From: Eledone cirrhosa
Taxonomy: Eukaryota
Direction: 5' to 3'
NCBI GenBank assembly: GCA_964016885.1
Contig: CAXHJY010001324.1
Coordinates: 5,347-69,346 of the forward strand
Length of the DNA: 64,000 bases
The notes under the pieces are model-generated. The model made no database searches. It was not told the DNA's origin and was given only the letters and a program-made list of their open reading frames with translations. Position numbers and translations under genes: made by a program. Position 1 is the stretch's first letter; each line of letters opens with the position of its first letter. Positions 40,191-55,199 of this stretch are shown here, piece by piece.

Positions 40191-40661
40191 ATATGTATGC
40201 GTACATATATACGTATGAGTATATATATATATATATATATATATATGGTTTTTAAACATCTGGAATGCGGTTGTTGACTTTTCTGTTACTAAAAATGCGA
40301 GCGTTCCCATTTCATTACGACTCTGTTAATACAAGAAAGGATGCTAAGTGGCCATTGCGTTTCTCGAGACTCCAAGACTGGTGAGAAGGGAGTTATTCTC
40401 AATTGGGAGACATCGATGAGTACTTCTGTAGAGCCCCACACGCGGTTGGTGATGGTGTTAAACGGAACAACACCTTACATTTACTACCCAATATGGCAGT
40501 ATGTGGATTCGATCTCGGAACGCTGATTGCTAATACTGATTGCCACATTGTCATATACTCTAACGCTTCCGATAATTCATTAAAGGCAAAATATATACAC
40601 CGATAGGAGTGGAGTGTACAAATGTGTATATATATATATATATATACACATATATATATAC

Positions 40662-40852
40662 GTAGGTCCCGGGTTGAGTCGGGGATAACCACAGTAAGTA
40701 AGGTACTCAATACATGGCAGAGTAAATTTTTTTTATTTTATAGAAGGAGCTTCTACAGGACTAGTACTGTTTCATTCAGCTTCCTGAAGATTTCATCTGA
40801 ATGAAACAGTACTAGTCCTGTAGAAGCTCCTTCTATAAAATAAATAAAAAAA
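40662..40852. mobile_element. Palindromic hammerhead-bearing element in (TA)n
   Basis: Arms about 40727-40779/40797-40850. Minus-strand tail with TATTGAGTACCT (40701-40712). Confidence 0.8.
40778..40828 (+). ncRNA. Type I hammerhead ribozyme motif
   Basis: AGCTTC-CTGAAGA-TTTCA/tc/TGAAT-GAAA-CAG tactagtc CTG-TA-GAAGCT. 6-bp stem I, GUA site at 40820-40822. Confidence 0.8.
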
Positions 40853-41006
40853 TATATATATTTATATATATATATATATATACATGTGCGTGTGTCTGCA
40901 CGCATGTGTAATATTTTCAGCTATTTATATAAAGTTATATATATTGCATAACATCGACAATATGCTTCACATTTTCTCCATTTTATCCAAATGGACATCT
41001 CACACG

Positions 41007-41052
<46 letters not shown>

Positions 41053-41777
41053 TACCCACTCCACAAACTAATTTTACACTCACATATTAATATGCATATA
41101 TGCATGATTTTGCGTCTGAATTTTACGTGATAAAAATAAAAATGAACGTAAATGAAAATATACACGTATATAACTAATATGATGCTAACAGAGGTTACAT
41201 AATGAAATGTGTCATTTTTCATCTTTCACTCCTCAGAAAGTTGCCATACTTTCTTTTTTTTTTTACTTCGCTCTCTTGATGCTTTTATATGTTTTAATTT
41301 TCGTATTTTCTGCTTTGTAATTTTTGACATGGTGTCATCGAATATTTTGACTACAAAATATCCAGTTTATTTTGTTTTTGTCATTTTGTCAGACAACAAC
41401 ACGTATTTCTCGGATATATATGTGAACACAAGACTCTCTCTCTCCCTCTCACTCTCTCTCCCTCCCTCTCTCTCTCTCCACACATAGAGGCTAGGATGCT
41501 GTAAATTATAGACGAAAATAATACATTTATATACGATATACGCGATATATTACTGAAAGTACGTAACAGATCTGTTTGCAGGAATTGAGACAGGCAATCT
41601 ATTGTTACTCTCTCCCAGTATGGAGAGATAGAGATTGATATTTACATAAATCTAGAATATTCATAAATTATAAGAAAACTTTTATATTAATGAATATTCT
41701 AAAACTGATATATATTTAGTAAGAAGCATAAGGAATCATGGAATAATAAAAAAAAACAGCAATAATAATAAGGGAAT

Positions 41778-42193
41778 AATTGTTTCTACTTTTGGCACAA
41801 GGCCATCAATTACCCAGTACATTGCTGGTACTTTATTTTATCGACCCCGTAAGGATGAAAGGCAAAGTTAACCTCGGCGGGATTTTATCGACACTGTAAG
41901 GATGAAAGGCAAAGTTAACCTCGGCGGGATTTTATCGACCCCGTAAGGATGAAAGGCAAAGTTAACCTCGGCGGGATTTTATCGACCCCGTAAGGATGAA
42001 AGGCAAAGTTAACCTCGGCGGGATTTTATCGACCCCGTAAGGATGAAAGCCAAAGTTAACCTCGGCGGGATTTTATCGACCCCGTAAGGATGAAAGGCAA
42101 AGTTAACCTCGGCGGGATTTGAACTCAGACCGCAGTAACTATGCTGGAAAGCATGGCGTCCGACCCTCTACCGATACTGCCAATCCACCGCCC
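41778..42193 (-). mobile_element. SINE family A with an internal 6 x 47-bp tandem amplification of the core
   Basis: Units start at 41836, 41883, 41930, 41977, 42024 and 42071. TSD-like AATAATAAGG(G/T)AATAAT on both sides. Confidence 0.92.
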
Positions 42194-42441
42194 TAATAAT
42201 AAGGTAATAATGTTTTGTTTTGACTAAAGAAGAGAATGTTATTAAAACTATCCTAGAGTTCAATGATTTTTGTTATTGATCGGTACAGTATTCGATTTTA
42301 TTTTATGATTTTTTTTTCATCTTCAAATGTATATTAGAACAAATTCACCTTTTAGATATTGAAATAGATAAGTGTACATTTGTGTTGGAATATTAAGCTC
42401 CGAATCTTTTCTTTTGTTATATATCCAGTGCATCACTTTAT

Positions 42442-42552
<111 letters not shown>

Positions 42553-45500
42553 CATGTGTGGTTTTACATAAATCGTCGTTATATTTGTTTGTTCAGTTCT
42601 GCTAAAATAGGTTAATACACTTGTTTGCAATTATTTATCTAATAGTGTAAAGAGAGTGATGATTCCCCGCTCTTAAGATGTTGCCTAGAGGGGTCTCTGT
42701 CGTATTTCTACTCTTTGCTTTCAATAAAGAATCCAACATAATTTGAACATTTTGACTTCTTTTTGTTTAGAGAGAAATCAGTCAATATATTTAACAGATT
42801 GTGGGGAAAATACTTAGTTGGCAATTCTTACCTACGGCTCTTCTTTCCTCTCTCTAAACTTTATATTGCAGCAAAGTTAAATACTTAACTCTTCCACAGA
42901 ACGCATTATTATTATATCTGACAATAAGTAGCAATAAGTCTTGGTTCAGTGTTGCAAGTTGCCGGTGCTAATAAAAAGTTATTAGCCCTACACACGAAAT
43001 GAGACAACATTTCTTAACCCTTTATTGGTGCAGTGCTGAAAGATTAGTAAATACAATTAACTTTCATGGAAATCATCTACAAGGTTATATATATATATAG
43101 GTCTGTAATGGCCATGTACATTGCTCCTTCCTTCAGCTCTACCAATGAATAAAGAAAAGCAGGGCTGTACAACACACTAATCATTGTTCATTGATGTTTC
43201 TTAAGATGTTATTTAAGATGAAATAGGAAGAGCTATATTCATAATAGGGCACCGATGTAAGAAATCTAGTCGATCACATCGACCCGAGCGTGGAAGCATT
43301 CTATTAAGTGAAACGAGTAAAAGAATAACAAGCGTAAAACAAAGGCGAAGAGAAGCAGTGAAAGATCGAATTAAAAGATACTGGGAAAGATTCAAAGACG
43401 GCGTAAGATGATTTCAAATTCGAAATCAATTTAGATAAAAAAAAATATGAGAAAAGCAGCGTCTTAGCATGAATGAAGGAGAGTGGCAGTGTTTGTTATC
43501 AGCAGCAATTGTTGCCTCATAAAAATTACTTTAACGTCTTCGCACTATAGTTGTGCGTTTCGAAAATATATCCTTACTGCAAGGATTATGCAACAGAACA
43601 ACCACAGTGATTACTAACCTGCACGATCGACACCTTCAAAGAAGCATAGTTGATCAATAATGCATGATCAGGATCAAAGGTTTTAATTCAGCGGATGGAA
43701 CTATACCGAAGAAATGCCAATTTACTTTTGGTTTTTAGACAGAGAACAGTCTGCTATAATTTTAGCATTTTCAATAAAAATAAGCGTCCCGAAAGATAAA
43801 AAATATCCAGAAAGTTGCACGATTTTTCAATGAACCAATAATATTCTCTCAGGGGTAATTGTATGTAATGTTTTCTAGAGTACTTTTCTTGACGTAAAGA
43901 TTACATTATACAGAAACAACTGCCACGATAGAAGCGGTGAAAATGTTTAACAATGAATATAGTTTTCAGTGTTGTTCTCCATGGACTGCTGCTTATATAA
44001 TATCGATGTGGACTTTACATCACATATATAATCAAACAGTTTACAAAGATAGTTTCAAAAGAAATGATGTATTTAATTGTACTGTAGAAACTTGCCACAC
44101 TTATAGTCCTCTAAATAACCATAGAATATCCATATCCATGGATACTACTAATCAATATTATAGTCGAGTTGAGGGTGGAGGATTGTCAGTATCAGTAGAG
44201 CGTCGGACAACATTCTTCGCAGCGTCCGCGCGCGCGCACACATATGGAAGTAGGGTATCAATAGTGTGGATTGTGCATGAGAGAAAGAGGGGAGTAGTGG
44301 ACGCGGTGGGGCTGTAGTAATTATATGTGGGGGGCAGAAGTGCGGGTGAGTGGAGTGTAACGTGTATGTGAAGGGATAGCTGTTTTTTAGGTGGGTGGGG
44401 GGAGTGAGTTGACAGCAGATAGGGAGCGGATTGAGTCGAATTTATGCTTCTAAGTTGTATTTTATCGATGATAAACAGCCCTGACGCGAAATATTAGCTG
44501 CTCAGAACATCTCTTCATCCACCAGCCTCTTTAGATTTATCTTTATTCCGACTCTCCCTAGTTTACACATTCTAGTGAATCTCTTTATTATCAAACAATC
44601 AGGCGTCCTGTGTGAAAATCCTCCCCTCTTTTCCATATGAACAACGAAAATATATCATTTGAAGAAATAGACACATGCTAATGGAAATACAAGATTCAAA
44701 ATCTATGGGTAAAATACTTGATGTTACAACAATTATTTTGTGACGACAGTTTGCCTGTTGATTAAATGAAACAACCGCAATTAATCGGGACATCTTTAAT
44801 CAATGTTAGAAGTAACTAAATTGTTTTAAGTCATAAGGGAAATCTTAATATTCCATAAACTAGAAGATACCCTCTTGGCTGATATATTGTTCTATTTTAT
44901 GATTAGTTAAGAGACAAATTGAAAGACAATAAACACGAAATGATAGTAAATTCTAAGAAGAAATTTTAGCACATATTTAGAACACCAAATCTCAATGGTA
45001 AATACTGAATAGAAACTACTATATGCGTGAGTGTGTGTCCATAAGTGAATCAGTTGTCGCTTTAATGGATACTTGATTCTCTTCTTACCATTACTCATTC
45101 AACTTGGGTATATCAATCGGATTCCACTTAACGTTATTCATACCAGAAAGATAAATTAAACAAATCAATGTTACATTGCTTGGTCACAGAAACACTGTGT
45201 AGTAAGATTTTTATCAAGTATCAAACGCCTGTGTGTTCTCATAATGCTTAGCTTTAATCATTCTGTCTCAATTTAGAAATATGCAATTCAATCATGTTAT
45301 TTTGAACGTTATTTTGTTGGATGTCATATTAAACCTGAGAGATGCTGTTTCGTTGCTGGATAATTGACCATCCTCTTCTAATATAATCATTTATCTAGGA
45401 TGAAATAGAAAAAAAACAAACATTTCCTGAAAAATGGATCAGACGTAATTTTCCTTGAGGCTATGTGCGGTACCTTTGTGACATGACTTAAAAGAGGAAA

Positions 45501-46982
45501 ATTTAAATTAATTAAAGTAGGAGTGTATATATATATATATATATATATATGATGGATTCTCACGTCGTATATCGACGTGTGTGTATATATATATATGTGA
45601 GTGATTAAATTGATGTAAGTGAAATGACACGTTAAACGACATTACTTAAGGTATAACAAAATAGATATACACATTCCAGCAATCGTACACTGCCAAATAA
45701 CTAATCTTTAATGGCAGGTAATTTGTGATAGAAGGAAAAAATATTTTGTAGACATTTTTCAGCTTATGCTAAGCAAAATAATTGTTTCATAGACTATGTA
45801 TGAAATATGAAGCTTACATTCTGTAGAGAACACTATGGTATTAGCAGTTATTGTTGATGCTAGGCTTCATTACTGTCACAACTTATACGATAGTTTAATT
45901 ATTTGAGAGTTTAGGTTTAGCCTGACAGGTAACCAGACGTTTAATCCCAGGGAACTCCTGGAGATGTTTTTCTTAACTTTACCTTTTATTTTTCCTGGAT
46001 GTGATAAATAAAATACATATCAGTATGACAGGGGTGAATTGATGGAATCCTTAGCGTGTCCAATGAAATGCCACCTGGAATTTGTTACGTTATTTGTGTT
46101 TTGGACTCAAATCCCTGCTGGAGCCTACTAGAGGGGTAGACTTAAACCGTAGCTTTAGAAAAAGGTTTCCCCCTTTTCCAACCAGTCCTGGTCGACCGGA
46201 AAAATATATCATGGTACTGTGTCTCCTCCTGACTAAGTAAGAAACAACACAAGATCGATAATATAGAAAACAATACATTCCTTTATTAAGCAAACCTTTA
46301 AATCCTTTATTAGGCAAACCTTTAAACAAATCATTTAATACTAGTGTGAAGAATAAATCGCATAAATATGTCTTTAAAATATAAAGATATTTCCATTTAT
46401 GTAACGGACGATATGATGATGGTGATGATGTAATACATTTTGGTCCATAACTTAAAGACTACAGAAATGTGGAAGTGAGGAAGAGGTGATATGAAGAGAC
46501 AGGTCATCAAAATATTTTAACCAAACAGATAAATATAAGAATAAAAACCTGAATGTAGGATGGAAATCACTGTCCTGCCTGGGGAACATGGGAATTATAA
46601 AAGATGTAAAAATGTTCGTAATTGGAAAACTGCGTTTGTATATGTCAGTATATCATAACATTAGGGGCGAGTGTTAAAATAATGGTCGGTGGTGGTGACG
46701 TTGCTGGTTGTTGATGATGATGATGCTGGTTTTTTAACATATTTTGAAGTAGAATTTTATCGTACAATAAATTCTAATCTTATCGATATTAAAAATATAT
46801 ACAGAGGTATATCATATTACCGAGGAAGAGGCAGTAATAATGTGAGAGATAGTGAATGTGTGTGTGATAGTCATTGTGCGTATGTTTCAGAAATATAGAG
46901 ACGGATGGTGAGTCCTTGTTAGAAAGAGACTGGGTGTGTACACGTATGTGTGATTCTCAGACCATGAAAGAGGAGAAATAAC

Positions 46983-47165
46983 TGTTTCTACTTTAAGCAC
47001 AAGGCCAGCAATTACCCAGTGCATTACTGGTACTTTATTTTATCGACCCCGTAAGGATGAAAGGCAAAGTTGACCTCGGCGGGATTTGAACTCAGATCGT
47101 AAAGGGACGTAACTATGCTGGAAAGCATGGCATCCGACCCTCTACTGATACTGCCAATCCACCGC
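46983..47165 (-). mobile_element. SINE family A, full copy with TSD
   Basis: Flanked by GAAAGAG(G)AGAAATAAC on both sides. Confidence 0.9.
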
Positions 47166-47463
47166 TGAAAGAGAAATAACAGTATATCTGTGTGTGTGTC
47201 AGAGAGATAGATAGATGGATAGATAAAGTTTTTAGGAATTTGGGAGAAATTAATAGAATCTTTGGGGGTGCGGGGAATGGAGGGTAAACATCTAATTGAG
47301 TTTAAAAAACATAACAATCTTAACAATCATTAAAACGTGAAGACACACAAGCCACACAGAAATACATTTAGTCACGCGCACACACACACACGTATGTGTA
47401 TATATATATATACATATTTCTATATATAATATATGCGTGTGTGTGTATGCGCGGGTGTATGTG

Positions 47464-47499
<36 letters not shown>

Positions 47500-47852
47500 T
47501 AGTTATTTAGATGTAGGTTTTCATTATGTAGGAAGTGATTATAAAGATTTGCGACAACGCCGCAGTACATATTTAGCTTTCAATGTTGGAAACTGCTAGT
47601 GGATAAGAAATAATAATAATAATAATGTAATTTCTCATTAGATACCAAAGAAATGCAAAAGATAATGTTGCAAAACACCCTTCAAATTAATGAGGATCTA
47701 AATCACAGTCTTATAGTTTCTTGTAATATTTTATACTATTTCTATCCAATAAACTATTTGGGATTTCACCCAGAATCCAATTTGTACAAGACTCATCGAA
47801 TTTGTATATACATATATAAACACGTATATATATATATATATCTATATATATA

Positions 47853-47896
<44 letters not shown>

Positions 47897-48008
47897 AATG
47901 TATGCGTATATATATGTATGAAGTCATATGTATAAATGTATGTAGGCATATCTATGTAGACATATGTATAAATGCATACAGGCATATGTATGTATATATG
48001 CATACGTG

Positions 48009-48041
<33 letters not shown>

Positions 48042-48754
48042 TGCATGCATCTTTGAAAGAAATGTTCGACTGTTCAGTTTCCTAGAAATAGTCGAAGAAT
48101 CTTATGAACCAGATTTTTGGCAACATATTTGAAAATTTCAGACACGTATATATATATATATATACGTGCTTATTTTGTTTTTTCTTTCCAATAATAGAGA
48201 TGTGATTTCTCATATTGTCTTTAGGTTTCAAATGTTGGTGTTCATTTCCTTGGAGAGGTAACTATTCATTCTTAGTCGATCTATTAATTACGGAAATAAT
48301 TGGAGTAAATACAATTGGATAGATGTGAATTAAGAGCCATCTTAATTATTATAAAATGTTCCATCGGCAAGATACTCTATCCCAGAGAGTGCAACTGGGA
48401 AACCCACCGAATAAGCTGACAGAATGAAATTATCAGCGAATAGTTATTTGGTTAGGTGTAAAGCAGAATACATTCATCGATCCTGTAGGCTTAGAAATTT
48501 GGATGATAGATATATTGGATTAAGGCTGATTTTATTTCCAGTACTTATGTCATCGAACCCTTGACATATTTGGTGTATATATGGATGGGGGTCCGGGTGA
48601 GAGATGATTGAAAATTTAATGATAGAGAGTTTTAACTAAAATTGCTTGGCTTGTACCAGTTCTCTTAAATACAGTTGCGCAAAATTTAATCCAACACATT
48701 AGCAATTCTGACAACCGGATGGCCTCCATAGAGGAAAAATACTGTTATAGCTAA

Positions 48755-48892
48755 TACCATTTTAACGAATTTTTCTGTATAACGACATTTTTTTCAAACC
48801 CCGGCAACACGCTCGATGGGTTAGGTCGATCTCGTTATAACGAATTTTTCATTACAAAATATTTCTTTTTATACAACGGAATTTCACTGTAT
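48755..48892. mobile_element. Possible pogo/Tigger-type MITE remnant
   Basis: Repeated TAACGA motifs and a TA-CAGTGAAATTCCGTTGTATAA terminus on the minus strand. Confidence 0.4.
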
Positions 48893-49182
48893 TAACAATG
48901 CTGACAATGGTTACCTGTAATTTGATCCGCCACATTACCAATCCTGGCAATACTGTAATATTTACTCCCGTACGTTACCAATTTTGCACATTAATCGCCT
49001 TCTATAAACTGATACAGCGCATTTCAAATTCTACCTCACCCCCATCTGAGGTTTTCATTTATGTTGAATAAATAAGTATTTATCTGTTTATTTTCCACTT
49101 TGTCATCATAAGATTTCCTTCATTATTTTTTCTTCGTCCTCTCAGTTCTCTCACTGTGAGTATATGTGTGTATAACTGTATG

Positions 49183-49240
<58 letters not shown>

Positions 49241-49243
<3 letters not shown>

Positions 49244-49437
49244 CGAAGGAGGTGTAGTAAGGAACCAGATGGGCCATAACGCACCAGAGTACTCAATACT
49301 CAATAGTAGTAGAGTGGGTAATAGGAAAATGTATGACCCCGACGGCAGAGCTCAAGCCATTTCGACAGGTATTTCTGGACCTAGAAATAGCCGTCGAAAC
49401 GGCTTGAGCTCTGCCGTCAGGATAATACATTTTGCTA
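49241..49437 (-). mobile_element. Second copy of the 23164-23364 hairpin element
   Basis: Same palindrome centre and tail in reverse orientation. (TA)n on both sides. Confidence 0.85.
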
Positions 49438-51183
49438 TATATATATATATATATCAATTACAAATATATTGAAATGTAATCCCAGGAATATTTCATTTTC
49501 CTGATATCCCGATTTCTTGTAGGAAACCTTCAGAAGGTACAACGACAGATACACACACACTTTGTTTTTGTTTTCTTGATTAACTATAATATATATATAT
49601 ATATGAGAGAGACAGAGAGAGAGAGTGATTATATGTATAAACACACGTACATCATATATATTGATAGTTATATTCAATAGATACAGTAGTAAGAAATGGC
49701 GGAATATATTATACTCATTTATTAGGTTAAATAGATAATATAAACATCCATCGAAATTCGTTAATTAATTTCCCACTCGTTCGTATTATACACGTCATCT
49801 TCGAATCCCTTGGTCAATTTTTAATTAATACTATCAGAATTATCACCAGGCAGCATTGATCTGGTTATTGCATAAATGGAGAATAAGTTGTAATGAGTAT
49901 ATACTGTAAGTTATGTTAAGTTGTGCTGTTTAAACAAGGAGAGAATGGTAGTGGCCAATGCACTTTTCAGAATGTCCGTGACGAGGAAGGGGACATCCCT
50001 ACATCGGAGGCCTGACTGTAATGCTTACAATACAGTGGTCTCCACTAAAGACACCGAACCCTCAGTAGGTGGGGTTTAAACAACTAATAGATTGACATAT
50101 TAGATCTATCACACAACTACACCAAGATATATGTTCTAATCAAACCGCAAAGAGCCGAAACAAATACTACACAATCTTTCGCTTGACGTTCTATTTGTTT
50201 CGCCCATCTACCGTGTTCAGGATTATTTGTACGTAGATAATAATTATAAATAATTATAGTTATGATGGTGTTGTTACTGATAATGATACTGATGATGATG
50301 TTAATAACAGTAGCAGTAGTGGTGATGATGATAATAAAGCTAGTCACGATGAAGATGCTGATGATGATATTAACGTTCTTATGTGTTAAACTGGAGAGAA
50401 TTGTGACTGAAATAGGAGGAGATGGGAGATAATAATTGTCGGAAGCGGAGTGATCACTTTGACAGCAATTAGTGCTTCTCGTACTTTCCTGTAACGAATG
50501 TGATAACGTCAGCGGTCTTTATCACGGTCGATAAACCTAAACGTCTTCTTCATTATAATCAAGCCGAATCCATCCGAAGTGACAGTTTCCGCTTGGTAAC
50601 GTGGTAAGAAATGATGCTCTTTTTCACCGGGTCTCAGGTGGTGCGCGCGCGCACACACACTATCTCTCTCTACCTCTCCCTCTTTCTCTTTTTGTCTTCC
50701 CCTTGTTGATTACCGAGAGAAAATGGGAGATGTAGATATCAGATATCAGGAATAGGTACCGCTGAAGAAAATTTGAAATGCAATGACCTCCAAATAGCTT
50801 CTGCATCATGCATATTTTCAATTGGCATACATAACAACAGCTTGAGGCAACAAGTATATTCTTGCCATAATTTACTCTACCTTGCATATATTATATATAT
50901 ATATATATATATATTGACGGTAAGATAAGAAAAATGTTTATGAACATCGTAATATTTTTATTACAGGATGTGGCATGGGCCATTCAATCAAGAAGTCATC
51001 ATTCCTTCTGAATAAATTATTTAATCAAACAGACAGGATTTTAATGAATACACACTGAGCTAACATATGAAAGTGATAATACGGTCTATCATGGAAAATT
51101 CACTCTAGAATTATCCCTTAATTCCGAGTAAATATATCTATCTAGGGCGGGTAAAATTCCCGAGATCCATGGACAAGCTCTCT

Positions 51184-51542
51184 CTAGAGGTCTCTGTCCC
51201 TCATTATCGCTGCCATGTCCAGCGTCTCCAACAGACCAGTGTCTGTCCTTAGGGTATCAACATACGTTAACCTTGGTCTTCCTCTTCCAGTGTGTCCATG
51301 TAGGGGCTCCCACGGGGGCACTGAGTGCAATGTCAACTCTGGATGTCGGTGAGCACGTCCGGCTAACCTCAATCTCTTCTGTGTCACTTTTGAGCTGACT
51401 CTTGGGAGGCTCCCATACAGCTCTGAGTTTTTCATTCTCAGTGTATACTGATTAATGTTCAGAGCCATCCTCAGCATTCTCGTGTAGCACCCATCCACCA
51501 TCTGAGTGAGTTTCTTGGTCAGTGTCCAAGTCTGAGACCCTT
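51184..51542 (-). pseudogene. RTE/RTEX-type LINE C-terminal fragment
   Basis: DGCYTRMLRMALNI..ELYGSLP..RLRLAG..RHPE..WEPLHG..GRGRPRLTYVD..DTGL..MRDR. Confidence 0.85.
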
Positions 51543-51911
51543 CAGGTCTTCACGAGTAAATATATTATAGTAATAATTGTAATGAATAGAACTGTGTAAC
51601 ACCAAAGAAGTTTGAACTAAGGGAAGCATCTTAGTTAGTGTGCCATGACCGATTTACTCTAGTCTATTGAGTACAACCGCGAAACTAACTGAATAAGCTG
51701 AGGCGAGAACCAAACTGAGTTAGGTGACAAGGAGTGAAGCAGAAAGCAATAACATCATTTATCCACTCATCCATGTAACTAAACATCTAGCCGTCCATAC
51801 ATATATACACACATATATACATGCATGCGTACAAATATGCGTATTTCTTGGAGTGAAGTATACAAAATCACGTGTGAACTTTGCATATATACTCATATAT
51901 ATATATAATAT

Positions 51912-52090
51912 AATAGTTTCTACTTTTGGCACAAGGCCAGCAATTATCCCAGTGTATTACTGGTGCTTTATTTTATCGACTCCGTAAGGATGAAAGGTAA
52001 AGTTAACCGGTGGGATTTGAACTCAGACCATAAAGGCCCGTAACTCTGTGATGCAAAGCATGGCATCTGACCCTCTACCGATACTGATAA
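51912..52090 (-). mobile_element. SINE family A
   Basis: Tail, core and B box on the minus strand. Confidence 0.85.
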
Positions 52091-52792
52091 TACACAGACA
52101 CACATATATATATAAAGTAATCATCACACACATACATATTAGTGTACTAAAGTACTAAAGAAACCTGTATATCAATAACATGGATGCAAGTGTATACACA
52201 GAAATGCCTGCATCTATATACCTACACAGATCGTTGAAACTGGCTTACATGAAACAAGACAAGCCTCGTTTTGAGTGACCGACATGAAATATGCGAAGTA
52301 AAATTAATCTCAAATGAAAGCTACATGCTGCATATTGTATATACAGATGTACATATACTCATCCGTACATATGTACTCACACATATACACGTACATGTAT
52401 ATGCACAAAAAAAATTACATATGTATATTTATACGTACATGGATACATATATACATGCATACACATACAATCATGCATACATACATTCATGTACTAAATC
52501 ATTGCAGGGGGAAACCTTGTTGGTGGCATAGATTGATAGATCGCAGAGAGGAATCGCATTCATACATACAAAAATACCCACACACATTCATACGTATGCA
52601 AAAATACAACCATATATGTGCACACATTAACGCACACTCAAATTCCTGGAACTCTTTCTACACAAAATAAAAACGCCTTGCCCCTTTATTAGTCAAGGGC
52701 TTGAACTTTGCGAGGAAGTATTTAATCATCTTGCTAGAACAATGCGTACACAAATATACATACATACATACATACATGCATGCACCTATTTT

Positions 52793-53010
52793 GGGGATCG
52801 ATCGACTTTCGTTAAAATCGGACCAAGGAAACAATGTTTTCGTCGGTCTTTCCAGTTGCTAATACTATTCATCGGTCGCAACTCCAGGTAGAAGGAGCAA
52901 CGTGAAATAAAGTGTCTTGCTCAAGAACATAACGCATCACCCGGTCCAGGAATCGAACTCACAGCCTCAAGATTGTGAATCCAATTCTCTAACCACTCAG
53001 CCAGCCATGC

Positions 53011-53011
<1 letters not shown>
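52793..53011 (-). mobile_element. SINE family B, young full copy
   Basis: Highly similar to 4543-4760. Confidence 0.85.
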
Positions 53012-53058
<47 letters not shown>

Positions 53059-53481
53059 GTACATATACATAGACTGGAAGAGAGATAGATTGATAAATAT
53101 ACAGACATATAGATAATCACATATGCACACATATTTATACAAAAAGAGTTGTATGTAGATACGAGAATAATAGATGGATCGATCAATAGATAAATAGTCT
53201 CAAAGTTACATACGACCTGGTCAATAGGTAATGTCTATCATTCTTTCAATTTATCAAGTTTCTACTTCTTTCCTTATCTCTCAATGTTACACGTTTGTCA
53301 CTCACTCCCACTATTCCTCCACCCTTCTTACCTTCTCCTCCACATCTTCGTATATTTATAAGTCTGACTGTGTAATCACCTGACATCTTTAGATATCTTT
53401 ATAAACATACACACACATGTGTATACATAAATATATATATGTACATGGTTGTGTATACATTTGTATTTATATATATTAAAG

Positions 53482-53518
<37 letters not shown>

Positions 53519-53570
53519 AAATTAGTCCTTCAGCAGTGACCTTCCAACTTTCATTGGTATTTCATCGCTT

Positions 53571-53608
<38 letters not shown>

Positions 53609-53827
53609 GTGTGTGTGTATATGTTGGAACAAGAACAAACATTACCCACATATCAATAGTGGTTCTGCACTTTAAGTTATTGCCATTGAACATATGCTAA
53701 ACTACGTTTTGTTGTAGACAAAATGTTTGTATTTGTGCTCACATACACAAACACACACAACGGAATATTATATAGATCCTTCTATCCACATTTTACCCAG
53801 AAGGCATGCGTATGTATTTGCACTTCT

Positions 53828-53858
<31 letters not shown>

Positions 53859-54403
53859 GAAAGGGAGATCGAGAGATCCAGAGCGCAGGCGTAAAAAGCA
53901 GTTGCATACCACCACCCCTAATAAAAAAAGAAGGTAATAAAAAGAAATTAGTAGATTAAAATTTTGATGATCAGTCTCACAAAGCTTTTTAACTGTCATC
54001 TTCTGAAGCTATATTTCTTACAAACTTCCATACACTCACCTAGTAAAATCAATGAAGTCTAATTCAGGGAAAAAAATCTATTTTCATTAGATGGAAAGCA
54101 TTTGCAGCATTTGTTGACATTATAATCAGAGAAATTCTCTAGATTTTTTTCTCTTAATGCTGTGATAATATACAGCTGTGTTAATCTTCTATTCTAGAAA
54201 CCTCTATAGCTATTGATTTTATAATCGTTTGTCTGTTCACACGATTCTATATCGATCCATATACCACCAAACATCAACACATCAACAACACACAGATGTT
54301 CGGACTGTTGTTCTGAGACTTACTTGTTTCCAACTAGTATAATGCATTTGTGTCCATTTACTGTTTGTATATATATATGTATATACATACAGAGACATGC
54401 GTG

Positions 54404-54468
<65 letters not shown>

Positions 54469-54573
54469 TATATATTATATATATATATATAAAATATATA
54501 TATATTATATATATATATATATATATAAAATATATATATATTATATATATATATATAAAATATATATATATTA

Positions 54574-54605
<32 letters not shown>

Positions 54606-54612
54606 CATACAT
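54404..54612. repeat. TA-derived compound microsatellite
   Basis: Direct reading of the sequence. Confidence 0.9.
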
Positions 54613-55199
54613 ACAGTGATGTGCATGTGTTAGTAAATGCATCAAAATGTTTGTTTGTTTGTGTGAATGCATAATATATGCATATGGTATGCATTATATG
54701 CATATATATATATATATAAATATATGCATGCATGCACGTATGTTTGGAATTGGAGTATGTATTTATGTAAGTAATGTAATTTTATATACGTATATATATA
54801 TACTTAATATAAATGCATACACCAATTCTAAACATAAGTGCACATAGCTGTTGAAGTACACATGTGACGATTCCTCTTTTCTTTTATTTTCTACCTGGTT
54901 TATATAATAAAAATTCTTTAAACGAAAGTTTTATTTGTTAAAATGCGTGCAGACATCCAACGCCTTTACTGAATAAATACTAATCTTTGAATACTCTCTG
55001 ATCTACAAAATATACGCGTCCAAGCACACTCTCGCATACATGTACTTACGCACGCAGGCACGTAAGCACGCACGCATACACACGCACGCACGCATACACA
55101 CCCACACTGAAATAATTTAATAGTCAAGAATGTAACAATATTTGTCCAATGAATACAATCTGCTGTACCATTAACGCAATACATATATTTCAAATTTCC

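Noticed and set aside
41836-42117. CRISPR-like array
   Set aside because: The 47-bp units are contiguous with no spacers, are a SINE internal segment, and there are no cas genes.
44476-44500. CAGC-c-CTGACG-c-GAAA-TAT-TA-GCTG hammerhead-like string
   Set aside because: Stem II and A9 are missing. At best a deleted relic, and could be chance.
50755-50790. CTGAAGA-aaattt-GAAA string (also CTGACGA at 29405)
   Set aside because: No NUH site or stem I closure.
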